A stretch of 64,000 bases of DNA from Chiloscyllium plagiosum (lineage: Eukaryota). Each line of letters begins with the position of its first letter. The first letter of the stretch is position 1. A program made the position numbers and the translations under genes. This document shows, in pieces, positions 48,920 to 60,236 of this stretch. Below the pieces are notes generated by a model, which did not search any database, had not been told where the DNA came from, and worked only from the letters and a program-made list of their open reading frames with translations. Location of the stretch: NCBI RefSeq assembly GCF_004010195.1, contig NC_057719.1:16573532-16637531 (forward strand). Reading direction: 5' to 3'.

Positions 48920-49198
48920 TCGTAATCTTAAGATAATGGGTTCAAGACTGAGATGAGGAGAAATTTCTTCATGTGATTGTAACTTGTTGAAATTCCCTAT
49001 TCTGTGGGTTGTGAATGCTTAGTAATTCAGTTTGTTTAAGGCTGAGATGATAGATATTTGGTCTCTAAAGGAATGAAAGGATATAGGGATTAGGTGGGAA
49101 ATGGAGTTGGCGTGGAAGATCAGCTTTGATCTTATTGAATAGTGGAGCAGGCTCAAGAGGCGGTTTGGCTTACTGCTGCTCCTATTTCTTCAGTTCTT
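48920..49198 (+). mobile_element. CR1 3' end
   Basis: AGACTGAGATGAGGAGAAATTTCTTC...GGAGCAGGCTCAAGAGG...CTGCTCCTATTTCTT. Confidence 0.8.
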
Positions 49199-49795
49199 AA
49201 AGGCACAGAACAAGTCTTCAGAGGTTAGACTAAGGCTTCCTAATCCACCAGATCAACCACGTGAAGCACTGCATGCACTCCCGGGTCACTATACCATACC
49301 AATACCAACATAGATCTGGAGACGATAGTGTGGAAAACCTGCTATAAAGGGGATTAGCCTTGAAGAAATCTTTGAGGAAGCTGAGCTTGAGGATTGAGAA
49401 GGAAGGTGCTTAAGGCATACTTTGTGTAAAATATTCAGTAGCAGTGATGAATAATTTACCAAGCAAGATCGTGAGGGCCAAGATATAAGTTGGCTGGAAA
49501 TGAAAAGCAGGAAACATATAGCAGTGCAAAGTGAATCTGCAAAGGGGGATAAAGAATTGAACCTGACGTTTTGGGTGGGTACCCAAAGCCAACTAAAATA
49601 TTTGCTTCATTTTCTGCACTGTGGTTACGTTAGAATGCTTTATCAACATTTATTCTGCTTCAGGAAAGAATTTGAACTGGTTTGATGACCTCAAAGCATT
49701 AACATGCATTTTATTGGCAAACTGCATGAAACAGCAAAATGTAAAGGGTCCATAATGTACAGCAGCAGAAGTGACACTCTACTCATTGACCTGAT

Positions 49796-50104
49796 GGCGG
49801 CACGGTGGCACAGTGGTTAGCACTGCTGCCTCGCAGCGCCAGAGACCTGGGTTCAATTCCCGCCTCAGGCGACTGACTGTGTGGAGTTTGCACGTTCTCC
49901 CCGTGTCTGCGTGGGTTTCCTCTGGGTGCTCCGGTTTCCTCCCACAGTCCAAAGATGTGCAGGTTAGGTGAATTGGCCATACTAAATTGCCCGTAGTGTT
50001 AGGTAAGGGGTAAATGTAGGGGTATGGGTGGGTTTCGCTTCGGCGGGTCGGTGTGGACTTATTGGGCCGAAGGGCCTGTTTCCACACTGTAATCTAATCT
50101 AATC
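49796..50104 (+). mobile_element. Young HE1-type V-SINE
   Basis: Intact A/B boxes and CpGs, (AATCT)n tail, possible TSD CTGATG at 49791-49796 / 50104-50109. Confidence 0.93.
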
Positions 50105-50823
50105 TGATGTGATATGCAGCTGTTTGCACTCCATGTTCTCTTTTTTTTAAAGTGATGTCTACTCTGTTGTCTACTCATTATTCTAATGCAAGGGGAGTGT
50201 GTGTGTGTGAGGTCCAATTTCATCGGGAAATGTCAGAAGTTTAAAAAAAAACAGTACATTAGACTGTATCTGTGGGGAGAGAAAGAGCACTTCACCTGCT
50301 TTAGATCAGTCATCTTCCCACAGAATCAAGAGAAATGTAGAATTTCAAAGGCGTTTAGGAAGAAGAGAAAGGAAAGGAGGAAGGATAGGAATTACTACAT
50401 TACAAAATTGGTCATGGTTCCAGAACAAAGAGCAGTTATAATTGTGCAAGTAAATACAGTAAACTAGATTGAAAAAAATACAAGAAAGCATGAACAGTGA
50501 GATATGATGCACAGAAACAAAATCAGGAATTGCTGGGAAAACTCAGTAGGTCTGGGAGCAGCGGGAGACAGAGCAGAGGTGACATTGGAGACCAGGAGGT
50601 TGCCGGGAAGGTAAGGACTTGGTATGTATCTGAGCAGTGGCTAAACCCAGGATACTACACGTTAGTATTTCCCCCACTCCCACCTCTTCTCCCCCCCACC
50701 AACCCCCACCCCCACCCCCAACCAAAAGAAAAGGACTCTGTAAGGTAATGTTTACTTCTTTTCTTTCATATATTGAACTGCATTGTTTGTTATTAGTTAG
50801 TTGATATAAAGCTAAGGCTTACA

Positions 50824-51756
50824 ATGGCAGGGGACCTCGGACCCATGGCATGTGCCTCTTGCCTGATGTGGGAGCTCAGGAATGTGGCTGACGTCCCTGA
50901 CTCTTACACTTGCAAGAAGTGTGTCCAGCTGCAGCCCTTGTTTGACCGCATGTCGGCTCTGGAGCTGCGGATGGACTCACTGTGGAGCATCCGCGATGCT
51001 GAGGAGGTCGTGGATAGCACGTTTAGTGAATTGGTCACACCACAGGTTAGAATTGCTGAGGGAGACAGTGAATGGGTGACCAAAAGGCAGAGAAAGAGCA
51101 GGAAGGTAGTGCAGGTGTCCCTTGCGGTCATCTCCCTCCAAAACAGGTATGCAGTTTTAGATACCGCTGGGGGAGACGGCTCACCAGGGGAGGGCAGCAG
51201 TTGCCAGATCATGGCACCATGGCGGGCACTGCTGTTCAGAAGGGCAGGAAGTAGACTCATAGGGCCATAGTCATCGGGGATTCTATTGTAAGGGGAGTAG
51301 ATAGGTGGTTCTGTCACCGAAAATGAGACCCCTGGATGGTATGTTGCCTCCCAGGTGCTTGGGTCAGGGATGTCACCAATCGGCTGCAGAGCATTCTGAA
51401 AGGTAATGGTGAACAGTCAGTTGTCATGGTGCATATAGGCGTACAGTAAGAAACGAGGTGTGGTCCTGAAAGCAGAATTCAGGGAGCTAGGAGTGAAGTT
51501 AAAGAGGAGGACCTCAAAGGTAGTGATCTCAGGATTCATACCAGTGCCACATGCTAGCCAGGGTAGAAATGAATGAATAGGCAGGATGAACACGTTGCTT
51601 GAGGGATGGTGTAGGAGGGAGGGGTTCAGATTTGTGGGACATTGGGACTGGTTCTGGGGAAAGTGGGACTATTAAAAATTGGATGGTCTACCCCTGAACC
51701 AGACTGGGGTAGTTGGGGGAGTTTTTGCTACTGCTGATGTGGAGGTTTTAAACTAA
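50824..51756 (+). pseudogene. CR1 ORF1: zinc finger/leucine zipper plus SGNH (GDSL-like) esterase, frameshifted
   Basis: CASCLMWE...YTCKKCVQLQPLFDRMSALELRMDSL; then in another frame AIVIGDSIVRGVDR...MVCCLPGA...VVMVHIG. Confidence 0.85.
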
Positions 51757-53216
51757 TGTGGCAGGGGACTGGAAACCAGAGGAGAAGACTAGTAGACAGT
51801 GAAGTGGAAACCAGAGATTGTAAGGATCATAATGTTAGCATTACCAAGGGGAAGAGTAGGTAGAGGGCAGATGAAAGCCAAAGAACTGACTGCCTGAAGT
51901 GCATATACTTTAATGCAAGGAGTATAGTGGGTAAGGCAGGTGAACTTAGGGCTTGGATTGGTGCCTGGGAGTAAGATGTTATTGCAATCACAGAGATTTA
52001 GTTGAAGGAAGGGCATGGCTGGCAACAAAATGTTCCAGGATGTAGACGCTTCAGACAGGACCGGGAGGGAGGTAAAAGGGGGGGAGGAGTTTCAATGCTG
52101 GTCAGATATGATATCACGGCTGTGCTGAAGGAGGACACTATGGAAGGCTTGAGCAGTGAGGCATTATGGGTGGAGCTGAGAAATAAGAAGGATGCAATTA
52201 CATTGGTGGGGCTGTATTACAGGCCTCCCAACAGTGAGCGTGAGGTAGAAGAACAAATAGGTAAACAGATTATGGAAAGATGTAGCAGCAACAGGATGGT
52301 GGTGATGGGAGATTTTAATTTTTCCAACATTGACTCAGATATACTTAGTGTCAGAGGTCTGGATGGGGCAGAATTTGTAAGGAGCGTCCAGGAAAGTTTT
52401 CTAGGGCAGTATGTCAATAGTCCGACAAGGGAAGGGGCCATATTGGATCTAGTGTTAGGAAATAAGCCAAGCCAGGTGGTAGAAGTTGCAGAGGGGAATT
52501 TCTCTGGGAATAGTGACCACAATTCGGTAAGTTTTGGAATACTCATGGACAAAGATGAGAGTGGTCCTAAGGGAAGAGTACTAAACTGGGTTAAGGCCAA
52601 TTATATCAAAATTCAGCAGGAGCTGGGAAATGTGAATAGGGAGCAGCTAATTGAAGGAAAATCTACATTTGATATGTAGGAGGCTTTCAAAGATAGGTTG
52701 AAGATAGTGCAGGATAGGCATGTCCCGTTGAAAACAAGGGATAGGAAAGGCAAGATTCATGAACCATGGACAGGAGAAATCGTGCAACTAGCCAAGAGGA
52801 AAAGGGAAGCGTACATAAGGTCCAGACAGCTAAGAACAGAACAGGCTTTGGAGGACTGTCGGGAGAGTAGGACCAGTCTTAAACAAGGAATCAAGTGTGC
52901 TAAAAGGCGTCATGAAATAACTTTAGTGAGCAGAATTAAGGAGAATCTCAAGGCCTTTTATTCATATATAAGAAGCAAGAGGGTAACTAGAGAAAGGGTT
53001 GGTCCATTGAAGAATAAGGAAGGAAGGTTGTGTGTCGAACCTGAGAAAATAGGTGAGATTCTCAATGGTTACTTTGCATCAGTGTTCTTTGAGGAGAGAG
53101 ACATGATGAATGTTGAGATTAGAGATAGAAGTTTGTTTACTCTGGAACATGTTGACATAAGGAGGAAAGATGTGTTGAGTAGGGTAAAGGATATTAAGGT
53201 AGACAAATCCCAGGAC

Positions 53217-54061
53217 GAGATAGAGTCATATAGCATGGAAACAAACCCTTCGGTCCAACCCGTCCATGCCGACCAGATATCCCAACCCAATCTAGTCCCA
53301 CCTGCCAGCACCCAGCCCATATCCCTCCAAACCCTTCCTATTCATATACCCATCCAAATGCCTCTTAAATGTTGCAATTGTACCAGCCGCCACCACATCC
53401 TCTGGTAGCTCNNNNNNNNNNNNNNNNNNNNNNNNNNNNNNNNNNNNNNNNNNNNNNNNNNNNNNNNNNNNNNNNNNNNNNNNNNNNNNNNNNNNNNNNN
53501 NNNNNNNNNNNNNNNNNNNNNNNNNNNNNNNNNNNNNNNNNNNNNNNNNNNNNNNNNNNNNNNNNNNNNNNNNNNNNNNNNNNNNNNNNNNNNNNNNNTG
53601 CAACTCCACTTTCAAGGAGCTATGAACCTGCACTCCTAGGTGACTTTGTTCAGCAACACTCTCTAGGACCTTACCATTAAGCGTATAAGTCCTGCTAAGA
53701 TTTGCTTTCCCAAAATGCAGCGCCTTGCATTTATCTGAATTAAACTCCATCTGCCACTTCTCAGCCCAATGGCCCATCTGGTCTAGATCCTGTTGTAATC
53801 TGAGGTAACCCTCTTCACTGTCCACTACACCTCCAATTTTAATGTCATCTGCAAACTTACTAACTATACCTCTTATGCTCGCATCCAAATCATTTATGTA
53901 AATGACAAAAAAGTGGAGGGCCCAGCACTGATCCTTGTGGCACTCCACTGGTCACAGGCCTCCAGTCTGAAAAACAACCCTCCACCACCACCCTCTGTCT
54001 TTTACCTTTGAGCCAGTTCTGTATTCAAATGGCTAGTTCTCCCTGTGTTCCATGAGATCTA
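53217..54061 (-). mobile_element. CR1/HER1 LINE 3' fragment inserted antisense in the host CR1
   Basis: Minus [28 protein letters not shown]...ELPEDVVAAG; 3'UTR GGACCGAAGGGTTTGTTTCCATGCTATATGACTCTATCT. Confidence 0.9.
53412..53598. other. Assembly gap (187 N)
   Basis: Run of N. Confidence 1.
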
Positions 54062-54345
54062 ACAAAAAGCCCTTTGGCCCAACAAGTCCACACCCGACCC
54101 TCTGAAGAGTAACCCACCCAGAACCATTCCTCTCTGTCTAATGCACCTAACACTATGGGCAATTTAGAACGGCTAATTCACCTGACCTGCACATCTTTGG
54201 GCTGCGGGAGGAAACTGGAGCACCCGGAGGAAACTCACGCAGACACGGGGGGAACGTGTAAACTTCACACAGACAGTCACCAGAGGCTGGAATCGAACCT
54301 GGGACCCTGGTGCTGTGAGGCAGCAGTGCTAGCCACTGAGCCACC
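54062..54345 (-). mobile_element. HE1-type V-SINE lacking its normal 3' tail
   Basis: Full head and core. Ends at GGGCCAAAGGGCTTTTTGTT and abuts the 5' end of the antisense LINE fragment. Confidence 0.9.
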
Positions 54346-55887
54346 TATCTCAGGTTGCTGAGGGAGGCGAGAGAGGAAACAGCTGGGGCCCTGACTTTGT
54401 AGCATTCTTAAACACAGGTGAAGTGCCAGAGGACTGGAGGGTTGCTAATATTGTCCCCCTGTACAAGAAGGGCAGTAGGGATATTCCAGGTAACTTCTGA
54501 CCAGTGAGCCTGACGTCATTGGTGGGCAAGTTGCTGGAGAAGGTACTGAGGGATAAAATCTATTTATATTTGGAAAGGAATGGGTTTATTAGTGATAGGC
54601 AACATGGTTTTGTGTGAGGGAGATAGTTCCTTGCCAACTTAATAGAGTTCTTTGAGGAAGTGACCAAGTTAATTGATAAAGGAAGGGCTGTAGCTGTCAT
54701 ATACATGGATTTCAGTAAAGCATTTGATAAGGTTCCCTGGTAAACTAATGGAAAAAGTGAAGTCACATGGTGTGCAGGGTGTTCGAGCTAGGTGGATAAA
54801 GAATTGGTTGAGCAACAGGAGACAAACAGTAGTAGTTGAAGGGCATTTCTCGAAATGGAGAAAGGTGACCAGTGATGTTCCACCGGGATAAGTGCTGGGA
54901 CCACTGTTGTTTGTACTATGCATAAATGATCTGGAAGAGGGCACTTTTGGTCTGATCAGATGATACGAAGATTGGTGGAGTAGCAGAAAGCATAGGGGAC
55001 TGTCAACTAATACAGGAGAATATAGATAGATTGGAGAGTTGAGCGGAAAAGTAGCAAATGGAGTTCAATCCAGCCAAATGTGAGGTGATGCATTTTGTGA
55101 AGTCTAATTCTAGACCCAACTATACTGTAAACAGAAGATGCCTTGGGTAAAGTTGATGAGCAGAGAGATCTGGGAGTTCAGGTCATTGTACCCTGAAGGT
55201 GGCTGCACAGGTGCATAGAGTGTCTGCTTGCCTTCATTGGACGATGTACTGAGTATAAGAGCTGGCAAGTCATGTTAAAATTATAAAAGACTTTGGTTCG
55301 GCCGCATTTAGAACATTGTGTACAGTTCTGGTCGCCACATTATCAAAAGGATGTGGATGCTTTGGAGAGGGTGCAGAGAAGGTTTATGAGGATGTTGCCT
55401 GGTATGGAAGGTGCTAGCTATGAAGAGAGGTTGAGTAGGTTAGGTTTATTTTCGTTAGAAAAAAGGAGATTGGGCCGGGGGGAACCCGATCGAGGTCTAA
55501 ACATTCATGAAGGGTATAGACAGGTTGGATAGAGATCAGCTTTTTCCCCAGAGTGAGGGATTCAATAACGAGAAGTCACGCGTTCAAGGTGAGAGGTGAA
55601 AAGTTTAAGGGGGATACACGTGGAAAATACTTTACACAGAGGGTGGTAGGTGCCTAGAACGCGTTGCCAGCAGAGGTAGTAGAGGCAGGCATGGTAGATT
55701 CATTTATGATGCATCTGGACAGATGCATGAGTAGGTGGGGAGCAGAGGGATAATTAGGAATTGGGCGATAGGTTTAGACAGTGGATTTGAATCAGCACAC
55801 GCTTGGAGGGCCGAAGGGCCTGTTCCTGGGCTGTAAGTTTGTTTGTTCTTTCTTTGTTCTTTGTCTGGCAGCATCTATGGAGAGAAA

Positions 55888-55975
55888 AATGCGGTGCTGG
55901 AAAAACACAGCAGGCCAGGCAGCATTTGAGGAGCAGGAGAATCGACGTTTCGGACATAAGCCCTTCACTTTCTCC
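55888..55975. mobile_element. Extreme fold-back PLE family A mini-insertion inside PLE D
   Basis: 80-bp minus arm plus only TCACTTTCTCC of the tail. 14-bp TSD TCTRTGGAGAGAAA at 55874-55887 / 55976-55989. Confidence 0.82.
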
Positions 55976-57022
55976 TCTGTGGAGAGAAAGCAGAGTTAAC
56001 GTTTTGGCTCCAGTGACCCTTCATTAGAGCTGATTGTAACTAGGAAATGGTTGGTTTATACGCTGAAGATGAGTGGGAGAGGGGGAAGGAGCAAACGTTA
56101 GCTGGAGATGGAGCCCAAAGAGAAAGAACAGTTGAGCAGATTATGGAATGGGGAAAGATAAGTCTGGCAGATTGAAAAGCTGCCAAAGGGGACCATTAGT
56201 GGCTGGCAATAGGTTGGTTGTGGCAGCAGCCGATGTGATGACAAGGCCTGGTGTGTGGGGGTAGGGGTAAAGAAATGGCCCTAACATTATTGAACTTGAT
56301 ACTGAGTCCTGAAGGCTGCAGAGTTCCAAGGTGGAAAATGAGGTGCTGTTCTTACAGCTTGCGCTGAGCTTCACTGGAGCACTGCAGCAAGCCTGAGACA
56401 GAGCTGTTGGCCAGGGAACAGGGTGGTGTTTTGAAGTGGCAGGCAAATGGAAGCTCATGACAATTTTTGTACACAGAACATCAGTGTTCTGAAAAGCAGT
56501 CACCCAGTTTGTGTTTCATCACCCCAGTGTCGAGGAGACTATATTGTGAGCAGCAAATATGTAGGATAGATTGAGTGAAGTGCAGGTAAATCACTACATC
56601 ACCTGGAAGGTGTACCTGAAGTCATGAGTACTGAGGAGGGAGGAAGTAAATTGACAGGTGTTTCCACTTTCTGCAATTCCACGGGCGGGTGTCATGGTGG
56701 TGTGAGGAGGTCTTAGGAGTGGAGGAGGAGTGGACCAAGGTGTCCTGGAGGGAATGGTCCCTGTAAAAGGATGACAAGAGTGGACAGGGGAATATGTGTC
56801 TGGTGGAGATACCGCATTGGAGGAAGTAGAAGTGGTAGCTTTCAATCCTTAGGATGTGGACGTGGTGGGGTGGTAAGTGAGGACCTGGGAGACCACATCA
56901 CTTTTGTGAAAGGGTCAAAGTGTGGGAGAGGGGTTGGACCCTGATGAGGTTCCAGTCAACCACCATAGTGGATATCCTCTGTTAGGGAAGAAGATGGAAA
57001 CTTTCAAGCCCCCTTTAGAATC

Positions 57023-57319
57023 TGGCATCAGTGGCTCAGTGGTTAGCACTGCTGTCTCACAGCAGCAGGGTCCCAGGTTCGACTCCAGCCTCGGGTGACT
57101 GTCTGTGTGGAGTTTGGACATTCTCCCTGTGTCTGCATGGGTTTCCTCCCACAGTCCAAAGATGTGCAGATCAGGTGAATTGGCCATGCTAAATTGCCCA
57201 TAGTGCTAGGTCAGTTAGTCAGAGGGAAATGGGTCTGGGTGGGTTACTCTTCGGAGGGTCGGTGTGGACTGGTTGGGCTGAAGGGCGTGTTTCCACAGTG
57301 TGTAGGGAACCTAATCTAA
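57023..57319 (+). mobile_element. HE1-type V-SINE inserted in PLE D
   Basis: Head, core and CTAATCTAA tail; PLE coding remnant on both sides. Confidence 0.9.
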
Positions 57320-58441
57320 AACGGATGTGACAGAGATGGAGAAACTGGGAGAATAGAATGGAGTCTTTTACAGGAAGCAAGTTATGAGGATGTACAATCA
57401 AGGTGACTGTGGGAGTCGGTGGGTTTGCAGTGAAAATTAGTGGCCAACCTGTCCCCAGAAATGGAAACAGAGGTACCGAGGAAGGGAGAAGCGATGTCAG
57501 AGATAGGCCAGTTGAAGTAAGAGTGTGGTGGAAGTTGGAAGTTAAAATTGATAAACCTTTCCAACTCTGGAGGAGAGTGGGAAGCGATTGTGTCATAGAT
57601 GACATATATGTGTGTGAAAAATTGAATTTCCTCAGATTTTATTTTCAATAAACAGTTCCAGTCCTGTTTTGCAAAATCAAGGTGCCATAAAGAAGTTGGG
57701 AATTTCGACCAGTGTTTGGATAGACAAGTTTGTTTCTTCAATAGCAGAAGCGTGGGTCACTGAGTGTGAGCTAGTGGCAAGCTCATCAGTTTAAAGCAGC
57801 AAGCAGTCAGAGCCCTTTCCTGTATCCGCACCACTCTTCCTTTACATGTACTCTGCTGGAACAGCAATAACTTGCTGGAAGCAGGTTTTATGATTTAGTA
57901 ATGACAGTTTACTTAGTCTACACTGTCCTATCTGGTGCGCAGTGTACGTTTTATTTTTAGACGAACAAGCAGCCTTTCTGCTTTCCCCCATGTGGTGATC
58001 AGGTGCTCCGAAATCCTTTATTTTTAGAATTTGAGAAAAGATAAAGATCAAACATTTATAAACATTCCCAGTAGCCGTGTACTTGACTTTGAATGGCCCA
58101 TCCATACAGAAATATAGTTGTATGGCACACTCTCGTTTTTGAAGTGACAGTTCTTACACATGATAGAGAGAGATGGCACATATTAGGCACTCTGACGGAA
58201 ATGGGCCAAGTCTTTGTTGGCAAGTTTGGCAGAACACCGAGTATGTACTGAATCCAGTGACCCATTTCTTGCCACAGGAGTGTGAAGCTGTGCCAATGAA
58301 TTTGCCTTTCTGGTCACTGGTTCGATTCTGGCTGAAATATAAGTGTCTGAACAATCAGCTTCACAGTGCAGCCCAGGAGTCAGATGACCAGATGCACAAG
58401 TGATTACAGGGTCACGAGGAACGGAAAGAGGCTTAAAAACT

Positions 58442-58451
58442 GGGACTTTCC
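58442..58451 (+). promoter_or_regulatory. Canonical NF-kB site
   Basis: Exact GGGACTTTCC within a non-repetitive, CpG-retaining stretch. Function unproven. Confidence 0.3.
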
Positions 58452-58637
58452 TGATGTGTCCCGTTAACTCATTGTGGAGTGCACAGCACAGGCCTGATCT
58501 GGCCAAGTGCCATTAGTAATTCTACAAAGAGGAATGAATTGTAAAATATCTCTGGAATTCAAACTCCCTTGAATGAAGAGTTGTGCTGCTATCACCAGGT
58601 CCTGAAATAGACTCGGAAATCCTTTTCAAAAGGATGT

Positions 58638-58957
58638 GGGCAGCACGGTGGCACAGTGGTTAGCACTGCTGCCTCAAAGCGCCAGAGACCCGGGTTCAAT
58701 TCCCGCCTCAGGCAACTGACTGACTGTGTGGAGTTTGCACGTTCTCCCCGTGTCTGCGTGGGTTTCCTCCGGGTGCTCCGGTTTCCTCCCACAGTCCAAA
58801 GATGTTCAGGTCAGGTGAATTGGCCACGCTAAATTGCCCGAGTGTTAGGTAAGGGGTAAATGTAGGGGTATGGGTGGGTTGCGCTTCGGCGGGGCGGTGT
58901 GGACTTGTTGGGCCGAAGGGCCTGTTTCCACACTGTAAGTAATCTAATCTAATCTAA
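58638..58957 (+). mobile_element. Young HE1-type V-SINE
   Basis: Intact CpGs and (AATCT)n tail; very similar to 49796-50104. Confidence 0.93.
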
Positions 58958-59595
58958 AATTGCGATTGCATTTTTCAAAGGAAAGAAACTTGTGCTAATA
59001 AAGTGGCTTTCATGACCTTGGGATATCTCACAACTCATTTTACAGTCGATAAATTATTTCTGTAGTGTGCTCACCTATATCTGTCTTTGTGCCACTACTT
59101 TAAAATTGTCATTGATTCAAAAGAAGGATGCACTTTCTTTCCCTTCCCTGACCTGCCTTACCATTGAGTGAGAAGATAGACAGCGAGCCCTACTTAATGC
59201 CTGCTCCAGCCAGTTACAAAGAATTCACAGGAATTCTATGTGATAGTAGTGAGCTGCTTGGAGTGGAACTTCATGTCCTACACAATCTGTGAGCTGCTCA
59301 GATAAATACTTGCCCCTTTCAAGTGTGGAATTTCAATTCAGTGGCGCAGTAGGAAATTATATGACACTGTAGTACTAAAAATGTTGATTTTTTTTTGATT
59401 TACCATCATTCAGAAGGCTTGCAAAGACAGACTCGGAACTGGTGTGATCTCAATAGTGGTTTTATTTATAAGATGTCGGATATTCTGAATAGACTGTCTA
59501 AGGTTGGCCATACAAACATACTACACTGAATAGGAAAGAACAGCTGGACCAATAAGTTGCCACACACGCACGAAGGTTAAGCAGACCACAGAGTT

Positions 59596-59673
59596 CCTCC
59601 CTTCCCCTTCTCTTCTTTCACTCTCTCTCTCTCTTTCTCTCTCTCTCTGTCTGTCTGTCTCTCTCTCCTCTCC
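59596..59673. repeat. (CT)n/(CTGT)n microsatellite
   Basis: Seen directly in the sequence. Confidence 0.9.
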
Positions 59674-59901
59674 TTTAGCCGTATCTTTTCCTAAGCTTAG
59701 TAGTATCTTCAGGCACCGATGAGAAGTCATCTATGTAATCCTTAAGTTCTAGATCTTTTTATACAATTGCTCCATTATACTCTGTAATATGGTGATACTT
59801 GTGTGACCATTTTATAGGATTATTATATGTTTAAATGAATATTTGCTATGCTGTTTGGGCACTTCACAACATTTGAATAATGTGCAAGAGAAAATCTTGA
59901 C

Positions 59902-60236
59902 TGGCATGGGGACTTAGTGGTGAGCACTGCCGCCTCACAGCACCAGGGAGACGGGTTCGATTCCACCCTCGGATGACCGTTTGTGTGGAGTTTCCACGTT
60001 ATTCCTGTGTCTGCGTGGGTTTCCTTCAGGTGCTCTGGTTTCCTCCCACAGTTCAAAGATGTGCAGGTTAGGTGGTTGGCCATGCTAAATTGCCCGTAGT
60101 GTGCAGGCTAGATGGGTTAATTGGGGGAAATGCAGGGTTACAGAGTAGGAGAGTTGTATCCGGGTGGATGTTCTTCAGAGGGTTGTAGTGGGTTGAATGG
60201 ACTGAATGGCCTGCTTCTACACTGGATCTCTATGAT
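59902..60236 (+). mobile_element. HE1-related V-SINE (older subfamily)
   Basis: Head, core, GGAAATGCAGGGTTAC segment and CTCTATGAT tail. Confidence 0.88.

Larger units (their letters stand above)
51880..55750 (+). pseudogene. CR1 ORF2: APE endonuclease plus reverse transcriptase, disrupted
   Basis: KCIYFNARSIVGK, GLYYRPPNS, VVMGDFNF, PTREGAILDLVL and SDHNSV; after 54347 QHGF, YMDFSKAFDKVP and [14 protein letters not shown]. In-frame stops, frameshifts and insertions. Confidence 0.9.
50556..55862 (+). mobile_element. Near full-length decayed CR1 LINE
   Basis: 5'UTR, ORF1, ORF2 and a 3' (TTTGTTCT)n tail. Flanked by GTCTGG at 50550-50555 / 55863-55868 inside the PLE D terminus. Confidence 0.92.
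50512..57610 (-). mobile_element. PLE family D (Neptune-like) remnant split by later insertions
   Basis: Terminus at 50512-50555 continues at 55863. Minus-strand RT C-terminal peptides (ELERFINF, PFLGTSVSISGDRLATNFHCKPTDSHSHLDCTSS, DSILFSQFLHLCHI) at 57320-57600. Confidence 0.8.

Noticed and set aside
50556..50760. HDV-like ribozyme in the CR1 5'UTR (GGCTAA motif, GATACTA/TAGTATT hairpin)
   Set aside because: I could not assemble the P1/P2/P3 double pseudoknot by eye.
58305..58340. LF-SINE-like head (GGTCACTGGTTCGATTC)
   Set aside because: Similarity is limited to about 25 nt, with no matching A-box or body.
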